Part shown: piece after piece, positions 9,865-19,408 of the stretch
Position numbering within the stretch: position 1 is the stretch's first letter
Layout: each line of letters opens with the position of its first letter
Position numbers and translations under genes: made by a program
Source: Candidatus Yanofskybacteria bacterium RIFCSPLOWO2_01_FULL_42_49
GTDB taxonomy: Bacteria > Patescibacteriota > Minisyncoccia > 2-02-FULL-40-12 > GWA2-44-9
Length of the DNA stretch: 64,000 nucleotides
Direction of reading: 5' to 3'
Assembly: GCA_001795615.1 (NCBI GenBank)
Contig: MGKI01000002.1
Coordinates: 2,760 to 66,759, forward strand
Notes under the pieces: model-generated
Database searches by the model: none
Seen by the model: only the letters and a program-made list of their open reading frames with translations
Told to the model about the DNA's origin: nothing

Positions 9865-10474
9865 TTATTGAATCTTTAATTAAAATTAAGTTCTTGCACG
9901 AAAGCACTTCGAGGGAATTTAAATTTCTTGCCTCAACTATCCCCAATTTTTGTATATTGCCAGATGCTCGTTGAATGTCCTTATTAGTTGACGGTAAAAC
10001 CATTAAAACACTACCGAGTCCGCCTAGCTTGCCAGTGAATAATTTCAAAATAGCGGCCACTTCTTTTGTTTTTGGCGCGTTCAGGACAACATTATCAACC
10101 ACTACAATATTTCCGCCTCTTGCTTTTTCACTTAATGCCACAAAAAGGGCTCTGTGTGCCATCTTTTTGCCTATTTTTTTCTCAAACTTTACATCCTTGG
10201 TCGGCCCAAAAGTTACCCCTCCGCCCTTCCATATCGGAGAACGAATAGAACCGTGTCTCGCTCTGCCTGTGCCTTTCTGCCGCCAAGGTTTTTTACCGCC
10301 GCCCCTTACTTCAGACCTTGTCTTTGCGTGAGCCAAGACTTGTCTTTTGTTGGCCATTTGCGCTGAAACCACTTGGTGAAGCAGATCATTATTTGAAGGA
10401 ACGGCAAAAACAGAGTCGGGCAAGTCAATTGTGCCTATTTGTTCAGCCTGCTGATTGTATAAAGGTTTTTCCAT
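9845..10474 (-). CDS. rplD: 50S ribosomal protein L4
   Basis: ...GGGKKPWRQKGTGRARHGS... is the L4 signature. Confidence 0.9.
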   Translation of the reverse strand: MEKPLYNQQAEQIGTIDLPDSVFAVPSNNDLLHQVVSAQMANKRQVLAHAKTRSEVRGGGKKPWRQKGTGRARHGSIRSPIWKGGGVTFGPTKDVKFEKKIGKKMAHRALFVALSEKARGGNIVVVDNVVLNAPKTKEVAAILKLFTGKLGGLGSVLMVLPSTNKDIQRASGNIQKLGIVEARNLNSLEVLSCKNLILIKDSINVLEKR

Positions 10475-10600
10475 AAAAATTTCTAATACCTAATATCTAA
10501 TTTCTAATAAAATTTCCAATTTCTCAATGTCTAATGTCTTAACTTTTTAGAATTTAACATTTGGCATTTCATTAGAAATTAGGAATTAGTAATTAGGAAT

Positions 10601-11146
10601 TCACTCTTGTGATTGTATAATCACAATCGATTTCTTATTCCCCGGCACTGCTCCTTTAACTGCAATCAGATTATTTTCTACATCTATTTTAACCACCTTT
10701 AAACCTCGCGTAGTTGCTTTCACTCCACCCATTCGTCCAGCCATTCTCATACCTTTCAATGTATGCTGGGGAAATCTTTGACCGATTGAACCGGCATGCC
10801 TAAGCACATGGTGATGGCCGTGGCTGAAAGGCATTCCGGAAAAACCATGTCTTTTTACTACGCCCTGAAATCCCTTGCCCTTAGATACTCCGCTGACTTT
10901 AACAATGTCTCCTTCGGAAAAAATTGAAACGGTCAGCTTGTCCCCGACATTTTGTTGTTGATTAATTTTAGTCTCTCTTTTCTTTTTTCCTACGGACACC
11001 TGAACTGCTTCATAGCCATCTTTTTCTTTGGTTTTAACCTGGGTTACAGTATTCGGTTCAACCTCAATAACGGTAACAGGTATTACAGCGCCATCCTCGC
11101 TGAATATCTGGCTCATTCCTAATTTTCGTCCAATTATGAATTTCAT
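10601..11146 (-). CDS. rplC: 50S ribosomal protein L3
   Basis: ...KGKGFQGVVKRHGFSG... is an L3 motif. Confidence 0.9.
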   Translation of the reverse strand: MKFIIGRKLGMSQIFSEDGAVIPVTVIEVEPNTVTQVKTKEKDGYEAVQVSVGKKKRETKINQQQNVGDKLTVSIFSEGDIVKVSGVSKGKGFQGVVKRHGFSGMPFSHGHHHVLRHAGSIGQRFPQHTLKGMRMAGRMGGVKATTRGLKVVKIDVENNLIAVKGAVPGNKKSIVIIQSQE

Positions 11147-11528
11147 GTGGCTACCGCTGAATTAACGCTGATTATTACGCTGATTTATCGCTGACCTATT
11201 TCGGCGCCATATCAGCGCTCCTATCAGCGACATATCGACGGTTATTTCCAACAAAAAACCCAGTTCTAGCTGGATCTAACCATAAACTAAAACTTTGTAT
11301 TGCTAACTATGCGGTTTTATTTGGGGTTAAAACCACTTTTATTTGATTTGAGATATTAACACAACAATGTACTTTTACAAACCCGTTCTTTTAACCTTTC
11401 TTCGGGATAAGTTCTAATGTTGTATTACTACCTTATCTCTTGCCACCTTCGCCTTCGCCGGCTGGCGAATGGCAAATCTGATGACAAGGGGAAGGGAATA
11501 ATTATTTATGCTGCACTTTAAGGAAATC

Positions 11529-11855
11529 TCACATTTTAACCTCTATATCGACCCCGGATGGTAAATTAAGATTCATCAATGCGTCGATTATTTTAGGTGT
11601 TGGCGAAGTTATATCGATTACCCTTTTGTGCGTTCTCATCTCAAATTGTTCACGGGAAGTTTTGTCTATAAAGGTAGACCTGTTAACCGTGTATTTGTGT
11701 ATCTCTGTAGGCAACGGCACAGGGCCCACCGGCTTGCCGCCGTATCTTTCAATAGTATCAACAATCTGCTGAGCAGACTTGTCTATAATCTTATTATCGT
11801 AAGCCCGCAGTTTTATTCTTATTTTCTGTTGATTTTCCGTCGTTTTTTTTGCCAT
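11529..11855 (-). CDS. rpsJ: 30S ribosomal protein S10
   Basis: [14 protein letters not shown]...GPVPLPT...[20 protein letters not shown]. Confidence 0.9.
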   Translation of the reverse strand: MAKKTTENQQKIRIKLRAYDNKIIDKSAQQIVDTIERYGGKPVGPVPLPTEIHKYTVNRSTFIDKTSREQFEMRTHKRVIDITSPTPKIIDALMNLNLPSGVDIEVKM

Positions 11856-11953
11856 TTTCTTAGTAAAGAACTAGATATAACACTAACCTACAAATCCTTA
11901 CGAATGCTACGAATAATTATTTGTGGTATTCGCATGTCATTCGTAGATTTGTG

Positions 11954-13156
11954 TTACATTGTAACCTTCGTTACCACTCCCGCTCCGACCGTTTTGCCGC
12001 CTTCTCTGATGGCAAACCTCTGCTTTTCTTCCATGGCAATAGGAGCAATAAGTTTAACTTTCAAATTAACAGTGTCACCCGGCATGACCATTTCCGCTCC
12101 TTCCGGCAACATGACCTCGCCTGTAACATCCGTAGTTCGGAAATAGAATTGCGGTTTATAGCCCTTGAAAAACGGGGTATGCCTTCCGCCCTCTTCCTTA
12201 GTCAAAACATAAATCTCCGTCTCAAATTCAGTGTGGGGAGTTATCGATCCTGGCTTGGCTAAAACTTGGCCTCGCTCTACATCTTCCTTTTTGGTACCTC
12301 TCAAAAGAACACCGGCATTATCTCCAGCTAAACCTTCGTCGAGCTGTTTGTTAAACATCTCAATTCCAGTAATAACGGTTTTTGATGTCGGTTTCAGTCC
12401 TACGATTTCAACCTCTTCGTTGACTTTTGCTTTGCCTCGTTCGATTCTACCGGTAACAACAGTTCCCCTGCCTTCAATAGAGAAAATATCTTCAATCGGC
12501 ATAAGAAATGGCTTATCAGTTTCGCGAACCGGATCGGCAAAATATGTATCAAGAGCATCAAGTAATTCTTTTATCGGTTTGGCGGCGGGATCGTCTTTTG
12601 ACTTCGCCTCAAGTGCTTTCAGCCCGGAACCTCTTATGATGGGGGTTTTTTCTCCGTCATATTGATACTTGCTCAAAAGCTCTCTTATTTCAGCTTCAAC
12701 CAGTTCAAGCATTTCGGTATCGTCAACTTGGTCGACTTTGTTTAAAAATACGATTAAGGAGGGCAGACCAACCTGTCTTGCTAATAGAATATGCTCTCTT
12801 GTTTGAGGCATTGGACCATCGGTAGCAGCAACAACCAACACGGCACCATCCATTTGAGCTGCGCCGGTTATCATGTTTTTGATGTAATCCTGGTGGCCTG
12901 GAGCATCAACATGAGCATAATGGCGCTTAGGGGTTTCGTATTCAGAATGGTGGAGAGAAATGGTGATTCCTCTTGCTTTTTCTTCCGGAGCGTTATCAAT
13001 TTGATCAACCGCCTCAACACGGGCGCTGTATCCATCATCTTTATACAAATTAGCTGTATGCAAAATCGCCGCTGTTAAAGTGGTTTTTCCGTGGTCAACG
13101 TGACCGATTGTGCCGACATTCATGTGCGGCTTTGATCTTTCAAATTTTCCTGCCAT
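11954..13156 (-). CDS. tuf: Elongation factor Tu
   Basis: [31 protein letters not shown]-motifs; 400 aa. Confidence 0.95.
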   Translation of the reverse strand: MAGKFERSKPHMNVGTIGHVDHGKTTLTAAILHTANLYKDDGYSARVEAVDQIDNAPEEKARGITISLHHSEYETPKRHYAHVDAPGHQDYIKNMITGAAQMDGAVLVVAATDGPMPQTREHILLARQVGLPSLIVFLNKVDQVDDTEMLELVEAEIRELLSKYQYDGEKTPIIRGSGLKALEAKSKDDPAAKPIKELLDALDTYFADPVRETDKPFLMPIEDIFSIEGRGTVVTGRIERGKAKVNEEVEIVGLKPTSKTVITGIEMFNKQLDEGLAGDNAGVLLRGTKKEDVERGQVLAKPGSITPHTEFETEIYVLTKEEGGRHTPFFKGYKPQFYFRTTDVTGEVMLPEGAEMVMPGDTVNLKVKLIAPIAMEEKQRFAIREGGKTVGAGVVTKVTM

Positions 13157-13275
13157 TGTTTCACAACTTACAACCTACAACTTACAATCTACAACTTTTT
13201 GTTGCTGATTGTTGATTGTGGATTGTTGGTTAAAATGTGTATTGTCGTGTAAGTCCTATTTTATACGAATAACTG

Positions 13276-13686
13276 CTATCCGTCAACAACTGTGGATTTC
13301 TCTTCCTTGTCTATTTCGTTCTTTAGCGCCAATATTTCTCTGTTTATTTTTTCTAAAAGCTCCGCTTCTTTCTCGCTTATGCGGTATTGGAATTTTCCAG
13401 AAACATCAACCGGGGAACTGGCCGGAAAAATGGGTTTTTGAATTCCGGGATCATCCGCCGATAAGTTTAGGGGCTGGCCGTTATTAATACTAGGAGAAAC
13501 GCCGACTTGAACAGGGTGATTAATCTTTATTTCTTTCTCCTGATCTGAGATAAGATTTTTATAAGAATCATAACCAAGTACCACAAACGACGGCTCGCCG
13601 TTATCCAAAATTAAAACTGCGGTGGAACCTTTCAGTAGTTTTTTTAGTTCATCAGTATTCAAATTAACATTTGAACAACTAAACAA
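13276..13686 (-). CDS. Hypothetical 136-aa protein between fusA and tuf; the N-terminal part faintly resembles a Phd/YefM-like fold.
   Basis: Intact ORF with the neighbours' codon usage. AVLILDNGEPSFVVLGYDSYKNL resembles antitoxin N-domains; no partner toxin is visible. Confidence 0.4.
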   Translation of the reverse strand: MFSCSNVNLNTDELKKLLKGSTAVLILDNGEPSFVVLGYDSYKNLISDQEKEIKINHPVQVGVSPSINNGQPLNLSADDPGIQKPIFPASSPVDVSGKFQYRISEKEAELLEKINREILALKNEIDKEEKSTVVDG

Positions 13687-13756
13687 ATTAACAAATAAAC
13701 AAGGATGTAAAATCGCCGGCCTGGCTAATTGCTAAATTGTTTAATTGTTAAGTTGA

Positions 13757-15880
13757 TCACTTCTTCCCTTCTTTAATGAGCTCCGCAATATTATTCGGTA
13801 CTGGCTCATAATGGTCAAACTCCATATTAAATGTCCCTCTGCCTTCGGTCAAGGACCTCAAAGATGTCGCATATCCGAACATTTCTGACAACGGAACCCG
13901 CGAATCAACAACTTTAAGATTCAAGGGGCTCCTGTCGTTTATGCTCAAAATCTGGCCACGCCTTGAGGCCAAGTCACCCGTAACTTCTCCCATAAAATTG
14001 TCGGGCATTATAATCTCAACTTTCATTATCGGTTCCAGCAATATGGCTTTGGCTCTCCTGGCAGCTTCTCCAAGAGCGGTTGATGATGCAATTTTGAAAG
14101 CAATTTCTGACGAGTCAACATCGTGGTACGAACCGTCATACAAAGTAACCTTCATATCAACCATCGGGAAACCGGCAACGACTCCTTTGTCCAAGGCTTC
14201 TCTAACGCCTTTCTCGCAAGGGTTGATAAATTCTTCCGGTATGGCTCCCCCTCTGATAGCATTAACAAATTCAAAGCCGGAGCTTCTGTCTTTCGGCTCT
14301 ACTCTTAACCATACATGGCCGTACTGGCCGCGGCCTCCCGACTGACGAATATATTTCCCTTCCGCTTCTGCGGTACCGGTAATTGTTTCTTTGTAAGCAA
14401 CCTGGGGACGGCCGACGCTTACCCCCACGCCAAATTCTCTTTTCAGTCGGTCGACAATTATTTCAAGGTGCAGCTCGCCCATTCCGGAAATAATTGTTTC
14501 GGCAGTCTCCTCATCGGTTTTAATCCTAAAAGTAGGATCTTCGTCTGAAAGCTTCCTTAATGCCAGGCTCATTTTTTCCTGGTCGGCTTTTGTTTTTGGT
14601 TCAACCCTCAGAGATATGACCGGCTCAGGGACTTCTATGCCCTCCAAAACTGCCGGGTTATCAGGATCGCAAAGCGTATCTCCCGTTTTCGTGTCTTTCA
14701 AGCCAACCGTTGCGGCGATATTGCCGGCATATATTTCTTTGATCTCTTCTCTTTGGTTGGCGTGAAGCCGAACAATACGGCTTATCCTTTCCTGTTGTCC
14801 GCTTCTGGTGTTAAGAACATAGGAACCGGATGCCAGTTTTCCAGAATAAACCCTAAAAAAAGTAAGAGAACCGACAAACGGGTCAGTTGCGGTTTTAAAC
14901 GCCAACGCGGTAAACGGAGCATTTTCGTCAGCTGAAACCAGTTTTGTCTGGCCAGTTTTTGAGTCCACGCTGCTGGTCGGAGGTATGTCTATCGGGGAAG
15001 GCAAGTAATAAGCAACGGCATCAAGCACAAGCTGAACACCTTTATTTTTCAAAGCAGAACCGCACAAAACAGGGAAAATTTTATTTTCTATAGTTGCTTT
15101 TCTTAATATCTCCCTCAACTTGTCCAGGCCGACTTCTTTTCCTTCAAGGTAATCAGACATTGCTTTATCATCCTGCTCAACTATTTTTTCAATGGCAACC
15201 GCTCTTTCTTTTTCAGCTTCTTGTTTTAGGTGTTCCGGTATTGCGCTTTTTACCACCTTCTCCCCTCTTTCGCCCTCAAAGGTTATGTATTCCATCGTAA
15301 GCAAATCGACAATGCCCTTGAATTGATCTTCATGTCCATCGGGTATCTGTAGTTTCACGGCAAACGGAGAAAGACGACCGAGGATTGATTGGAAAGATCG
15401 TTCGAAAGAAGCACCCAGCCGGTCAAGCTTGTTAATAAAACAAATCCTCGGCACCTGATAGTCATCGGCATACCGCCAGTTTGTTTCTGACTGGGGCTCT
15501 ACTCCGGCCACACCATCAAAGACCACAACAGCCCCGTCCAAAACACGCAAAGAGCGCTTGACCTCAATCGTAAAATCAATGTGTCCGGGGGTGTCGATAA
15601 TGTTGAGTTTGTACTTATTATCTGTCTGCTGATGGCTGATGACTGATGGCTGATGGCTAGTGGGGGTCCAATAAGCGGTAGTAGCTGCCGCGGTTATGGT
15701 TATCCCTCTCTCCCTTTCTTGTTCCATCCAGTCCATTATGGTATCTCCTTCATGGACCTCCCCTATCTTGTGGGAAATACCGGTATAAAAAAGAACCCTC
15801 TCTGAGGTCGTGGTCTTGCCGGCATCAATATGAGCAATGACGCCGAAGTTACGAATTTTATTTATTGGATAATCGGCCAA
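13757..15880 (-). CDS. fusA: Elongation factor G
   Basis: AHIDAGKTTTSERV, DTPGHIDF and the five-domain EF-G layout; it carries a small repeat insertion in the G domain. Confidence 0.95.
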   Translation of the reverse strand: MADYPINKIRNFGVIAHIDAGKTTTSERVLFYTGISHKIGEVHEGDTIMDWMEQERERGITITAAATTAYWTPTSHQPSVISHQQTDNKYKLNIIDTPGHIDFTIEVKRSLRVLDGAVVVFDGVAGVEPQSETNWRYADDYQVPRICFINKLDRLGASFERSFQSILGRLSPFAVKLQIPDGHEDQFKGIVDLLTMEYITFEGERGEKVVKSAIPEHLKQEAEKERAVAIEKIVEQDDKAMSDYLEGKEVGLDKLREILRKATIENKIFPVLCGSALKNKGVQLVLDAVAYYLPSPIDIPPTSSVDSKTGQTKLVSADENAPFTALAFKTATDPFVGSLTFFRVYSGKLASGSYVLNTRSGQQERISRIVRLHANQREEIKEIYAGNIAATVGLKDTKTGDTLCDPDNPAVLEGIEVPEPVISLRVEPKTKADQEKMSLALRKLSDEDPTFRIKTDEETAETIISGMGELHLEIIVDRLKREFGVGVSVGRPQVAYKETITGTAEAEGKYIRQSGGRGQYGHVWLRVEPKDRSSGFEFVNAIRGGAIPEEFINPCEKGVREALDKGVVAGFPMVDMKVTLYDGSYHDVDSSEIAFKIASSTALGEAARRAKAILLEPIMKVEIIMPDNFMGEVTGDLASRRGQILSINDRSPLNLKVVDSRVPLSEMFGYATSLRSLTEGRGTFNMEFDHYEPVPNNIAELIKEGKK

Positions 15881-15959
15881 AACTAGGTTTTAGGTTTTAG
15901 GTTTTAGGTTTTAGGTCCTCAACTAACACCTATTACCTAAGACCTAACACCTGATTTTC

Positions 15960-16427
15960 TTACCACGAAAAATGAGCAAATGCCTTATTTGCCTCTGCCA
16001 TTCTTTGTACATCTTGTCTCTTTTTAACCGCACCACCGGTATTATTGGAAGCATTGGCAAACTCTTCGGCTAATTTTACCGCCATTGATTTGCCTTTTTG
16101 AGATCTGGCTGAATCAACTATCCACCTAATCGCCAAAGCCGTTCTTCTTTCCGGCCTGACTTCGACTGGCACCTGATAATTGGCTCCGCCCACTCTCTTT
16201 GATCTTAGCTCAACGGACGGATAAACGTTGCCCATTGCCTTTTCAAATACTTCCATGGCTGGTTTTTTGGTCTGTTTTTCAAGAATATCTAAGGCTGAAT
16301 AAACAATCCTCCTTGCAATCGGTTTTTTACCTTCCTGCATTATTTTGTTAATAAATTTGGAAATTAAAACATTAGAATACTTGGTATCCGGTTCAGTTGC
16401 CGCTCGTTTTTTTATTAGTCTACGCAA
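15960..16427 (-). CDS. rpsG: 30S ribosomal protein S7
   Basis: ...QEGKKPIARRIVYSA..., ANYQVPVEVRPERR. Confidence 0.9.
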   Translation of the reverse strand: MRRLIKKRAATEPDTKYSNVLISKFINKIMQEGKKPIARRIVYSALDILEKQTKKPAMEVFEKAMGNVYPSVELRSKRVGGANYQVPVEVRPERRTALAIRWIVDSARSQKGKSMAVKLAEEFANASNNTGGAVKKRQDVQRMAEANKAFAHFSW

Positions 16428-16492
16428 TTAAGTATTGAGTATTTGGTATTAAGTATTAAGTATACTGGATACATAATACTGAATACATAATA

Positions 16493-16903
16493 CTATTTCG
16501 GTCTCTTGGCTCCATATTTTGACCTCTGTTGCATCCTTCCTTCTACTCCTGTGCTGTCTAATACTCCCCTTACTATATGATATCTTACTCCGGGTAAATC
16601 TTTAACCCTTCCTCCTCTGATAACAACGACGGAGTGTTCCTGAAGATTGTGTCCTATGCCAGGAATATATGCGGTTACTTCCATACCGTTGGTTAATCTG
16701 ACACGGGCGAATTTACGCAAAGCAGAGTTCGGCTTCTTGGGAGTCATCGTACCGACCCTTATCGCAACTCCTCTTTTAAAAGGGGCCGAATAGTGTGCCG
16801 GTTTATTCTTTAAAACATTAAATCCGCGAGCCAAAGCCGGCGACTTGGTTTTCGCTTTTGCTATTTTACGAGGTTTTTTTAATAACTGGCGAAATGTTGG
16901 CAA
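16493..16903 (-). CDS. rpsL: 30S ribosomal protein S12
   Basis: [13 protein letters not shown]...[16 protein letters not shown]...VRYHIVRG. Confidence 0.95.
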   Translation of the reverse strand: MPTFRQLLKKPRKIAKAKTKSPALARGFNVLKNKPAHYSAPFKRGVAIRVGTMTPKKPNSALRKFARVRLTNGMEVTAYIPGIGHNLQEHSVVVIRGGRVKDLPGVRYHIVRGVLDSTGVEGRMQQRSKYGAKRPK

Positions 16904-17053
16904 GCTTCACTCGCACCCACAACCTACAACTTACAACTTACAACAAAACTGTCGTTGGTCATTGGTCATTGGTTATTGGTCAATAAAATAAGACCCCCTA
17001 AGGTCTTGAGAAGTATATCAGCCCTTAAGCATTTGTGTCAATCTGGACGTTTG

Positions 17054-17794
17054 CTAGAATCCTATCCCTGTTAATAAGCGAAACATCCATCCTATCAATG
17101 GCATCAATAATGGAAAGACGAAGAAGAGAAAAAACAAAAGCAACAAGAATCCGTATTTGTATAAAAACACTTTTATCGCTGCGAATTTAAGCGGCAGGAA
17201 TGTCAGCAAAAGCCAGTGGCCGTCTAAGGGCGGTACCGGGAAGAGGTTAAATATCGCAAGAAAAAGATTTAATGTTACTACGACGCTTAACAACTCTGGA
17301 ACAAGAGATGAAGAAAAAACATCCGGCAAAAATCTCAGCGTAAGACCGAACAATACCGCCAAAGCGATGTTGGATGCCGGTCCAGCGAGAGCGACCTTGG
17401 CCGGGCCGTATTTTCTGTCACGCAAATTTTCGGGATTATACGGAACCGGTTTGGCATACCCGAATATAAAGCCCCCGAGCATAAAGGAAATGAGGGGAAG
17501 AAAAACAGAACCAAACATATCCAGATGTTTAATCGGATTCAGTGTCAATCGGCCAAGATTCTTTGCCGTAGGATCGCCCAAAGAATAGGCCACCGCTCCG
17601 TGGCTTACCTCGTGTATTACAACAGAATACAAAAGCGCTATTATCCAGAAAATGGCAGTTAATGTGGATTCCATGCTAATGCTTGAAATAATAGCAAGGA
17701 TGAGATATACTAGCAAGACAAATCTGAAACAGAATAACTCAATATACAATAACCAACATCCAATCAAGTTATAAAAACTCTTACAGGTTTTCAA
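17054..17794 (-). CDS. Site-2 protease / peptidase M50 family membrane metalloprotease; the true start is probably downstream of the first ATG.
   Basis: HEVSHG (HExxH) in a TM helix and a LNPIKHLD motif; multi-TM. Confidence 0.7.
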   Translation of the reverse strand: MKTCKSFYNLIGCWLLYIELFCFRFVLLVYLILAIISSISMESTLTAIFWIIALLYSVVIHEVSHGAVAYSLGDPTAKNLGRLTLNPIKHLDMFGSVFLPLISFMLGGFIFGYAKPVPYNPENLRDRKYGPAKVALAGPASNIALAVLFGLTLRFLPDVFSSSLVPELLSVVVTLNLFLAIFNLFPVPPLDGHWLLLTFLPLKFAAIKVFLYKYGFLLLLFFLFFVFPLLMPLIGWMFRLLTGIGF

Positions 17795-17872
17795 ATAAAG
17801 GTTTCCAAATATTTAAAGAGTTGATTATTTATTGGTGATTGATTATTGGTTATTGATGATTTATTAACCCAC

Positions 17873-18055
17873 ATGACTCGTTGTTCCCAATGTGGTAAAA
17901 AACCGATAATGGCTACAACTCGCAAACTCTTGCGAGGCCATTATAATCCGACATCTAAAACCAAAAGGTATCCCAATCTCCAATGGACTAAAATAGGAGG
18001 AAAAAGAGTAAAACTCTGCACCGACTGCATTAAGACACTGCATAAAGTCAGATAG
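17873..18055 (+). CDS. rpmB: 50S ribosomal protein L28, zinc-ribbon type
   Basis: CSQCGKK...NPTSKTKRYPNLQ...CTDCIKTL follows the L28 pattern with CxxC...CxxC. Confidence 0.65.
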   Translation: MTRCSQCGKKPIMATTRKLLRGHYNPTSKTKRYPNLQWTKIGGKRVKLCTDCIKTLHKVR

Positions 18056-18068
18056 AACTTGCTAGACC

Positions 18069-18314
18069 TTGTACAAGGAACATCTCCCAAAACAGGAATT
18101 AAGTGCCGACAAACTCACTCCCGCTGAAGAGAAAGCTTTTGATTTGCTTATAGCCGAACGAAGCGGAACGGCAACAAATATGAGCGACTTCATTGAGGTG
18201 GAAGGTTACGGCGAAGAACGCATCCGCAGAGACAAGGAAAGGGTTGAAAGAAAAAAGAGAGAAAAAAAGAACACGGTACCGAACCGACAAGAAAAGCCCG
18301 GCTTCTGGAGATGA
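18069..18314 (+). CDS. Hypothetical charged protein; its stop overlaps the next start (ATGA).
   Basis: ORF track only; no recognisable motifs. Confidence 0.35.
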   Translation: MYKEHLPKQELSADKLTPAEEKAFDLLIAERSGTATNMSDFIEVEGYGEERIRRDKERVERKKREKKNTVPNRQEKPGFWR

Positions 18315-19057
18315 TCCTCACCGACCAGATTGAACTAAGCAACTGGTTCGGCCAGGATACATACACGATAATACCGGCCGAATACGACGACCTGTTTCAT
18401 GGTGTAGACCTTGCTTTGGAAGTAGAAGATGAGTCAGAAGTTAAACACTTGGCTCTGGGAATAGATGCCACATCTTCTACTATCAACATCAGAGAAAAAT
18501 TAAAGAAGATAAAAGACCATATCGCTGACGGAACATTGACCACAATGGAGTATTTCCATTCCGACGACCACAACCCGGATTTCTACGGAACAATGAGAAA
18601 CATACCGCAGGTAATCATTGGGGTTGACGGCAAGACTATTAGAGATTTAGGCGAGCTGTGGATGTCGGCATACGGTTTAGCCAGATTAAGACAGAGGTCG
18701 GGCGGACCTGAGTTGAGTCCCGAGGCCGAGGAAAGCCAGAAACAAAGAGTAAAAGAGGCAAAAGAAAAGCTCGCAAGTCATCGAGCACAATTTCTCCTGC
18801 TCGAAGAAATTAAACTGCAGTTAATAGTATTCCGAAAATTCGCCATTGAAGAGAGCCAGCGACAGGAAGCAAGGGGCAATATACGATTAGCAGAAAAAAT
18901 TATTCAAGCAGCCAACAAATTAGAATCGACCCTAAACCTCATAAACTCGGTACTGCAGAAAAAAGGAATCCCCGACAGAGAAGATGTTTTCAAAAATAAT
19001 GAAGATGTGGTTTTCCAGGCATTAAGTGAAGCGGTAAGCGATTTTGAAAATCTGTAA
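18311..19057 (+). CDS. Hypothetical 248-aa protein, acidic and coiled-coil rich
   Basis: Long intact ORF, translationally coupled to the upstream ORF. Confidence 0.5.
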   Translation: MILTDQIELSNWFGQDTYTIIPAEYDDLFHGVDLALEVEDESEVKHLALGIDATSSTINIREKLKKIKDHIADGTLTTMEYFHSDDHNPDFYGTMRNIPQVIIGVDGKTIRDLGELWMSAYGLARLRQRSGGPELSPEAEESQKQRVKEAKEKLASHRAQFLLLEEIKLQLIVFRKFAIEESQRQEARGNIRLAEKIIQAANKLESTLNLINSVLQKKGIPDREDVFKNNEDVVFQALSEAVSDFENL

Positions 19058-19114
19058 ACCTCGTCTTCGCGAGCACGGGCTTTGCCCGTCGTAGCTCGCT
19101 TCGGCGAGCGAAGA

Positions 19115-19188
19115 CGGGACGGAGTATGCCGGTAGTACGCGTCCATGGGGTGGATGTAGACCGGGTTCGATTCCCGGCGTCCCGACCA
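19115..19188 (+). tRNA. tRNA-Pro (anticodon GGG) with encoded CCA
   Basis: Cloverleaf folded by hand: acceptor CGGGACG/CGTCCCG, D-stem GTAT/GTAC, anticodon stem CGTCC/GGATG with loop AT-GGG-GT (G37), T-arm CCGGG-TTCGATT-CCCGG, then ACCA. Confidence 0.8.
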
Positions 19189-19233
19189 ACTAAATCTAAA
19201 CGGCTCACTGGGTGAGCCGTTTAGATTTAGTTG
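19187..19233 (+). terminator. Long perfect hairpin (22-bp stem, TGG loop) directly after tRNA-Pro
   Basis: caactaaatctaaacggctcac-tgg-gtgagccgtttagatttagttg. Confidence 0.5.
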
Positions 19234-19408
19234 GTCGCAATTGCTAAACGAGACTTGGCAACAACACCTAAAAACACGCCAGTTGGCGTGTTTTTAGGTA
19301 AGCCCTCCTTTATCTCAAAGTCTTCAGCATTTTGCAAAGTGGGTTTCCGCAGGATAACCCCACGGGGTTATCATCATGTAAGAATCCCTAACAAAATAAT
19401 TTGTCCAA

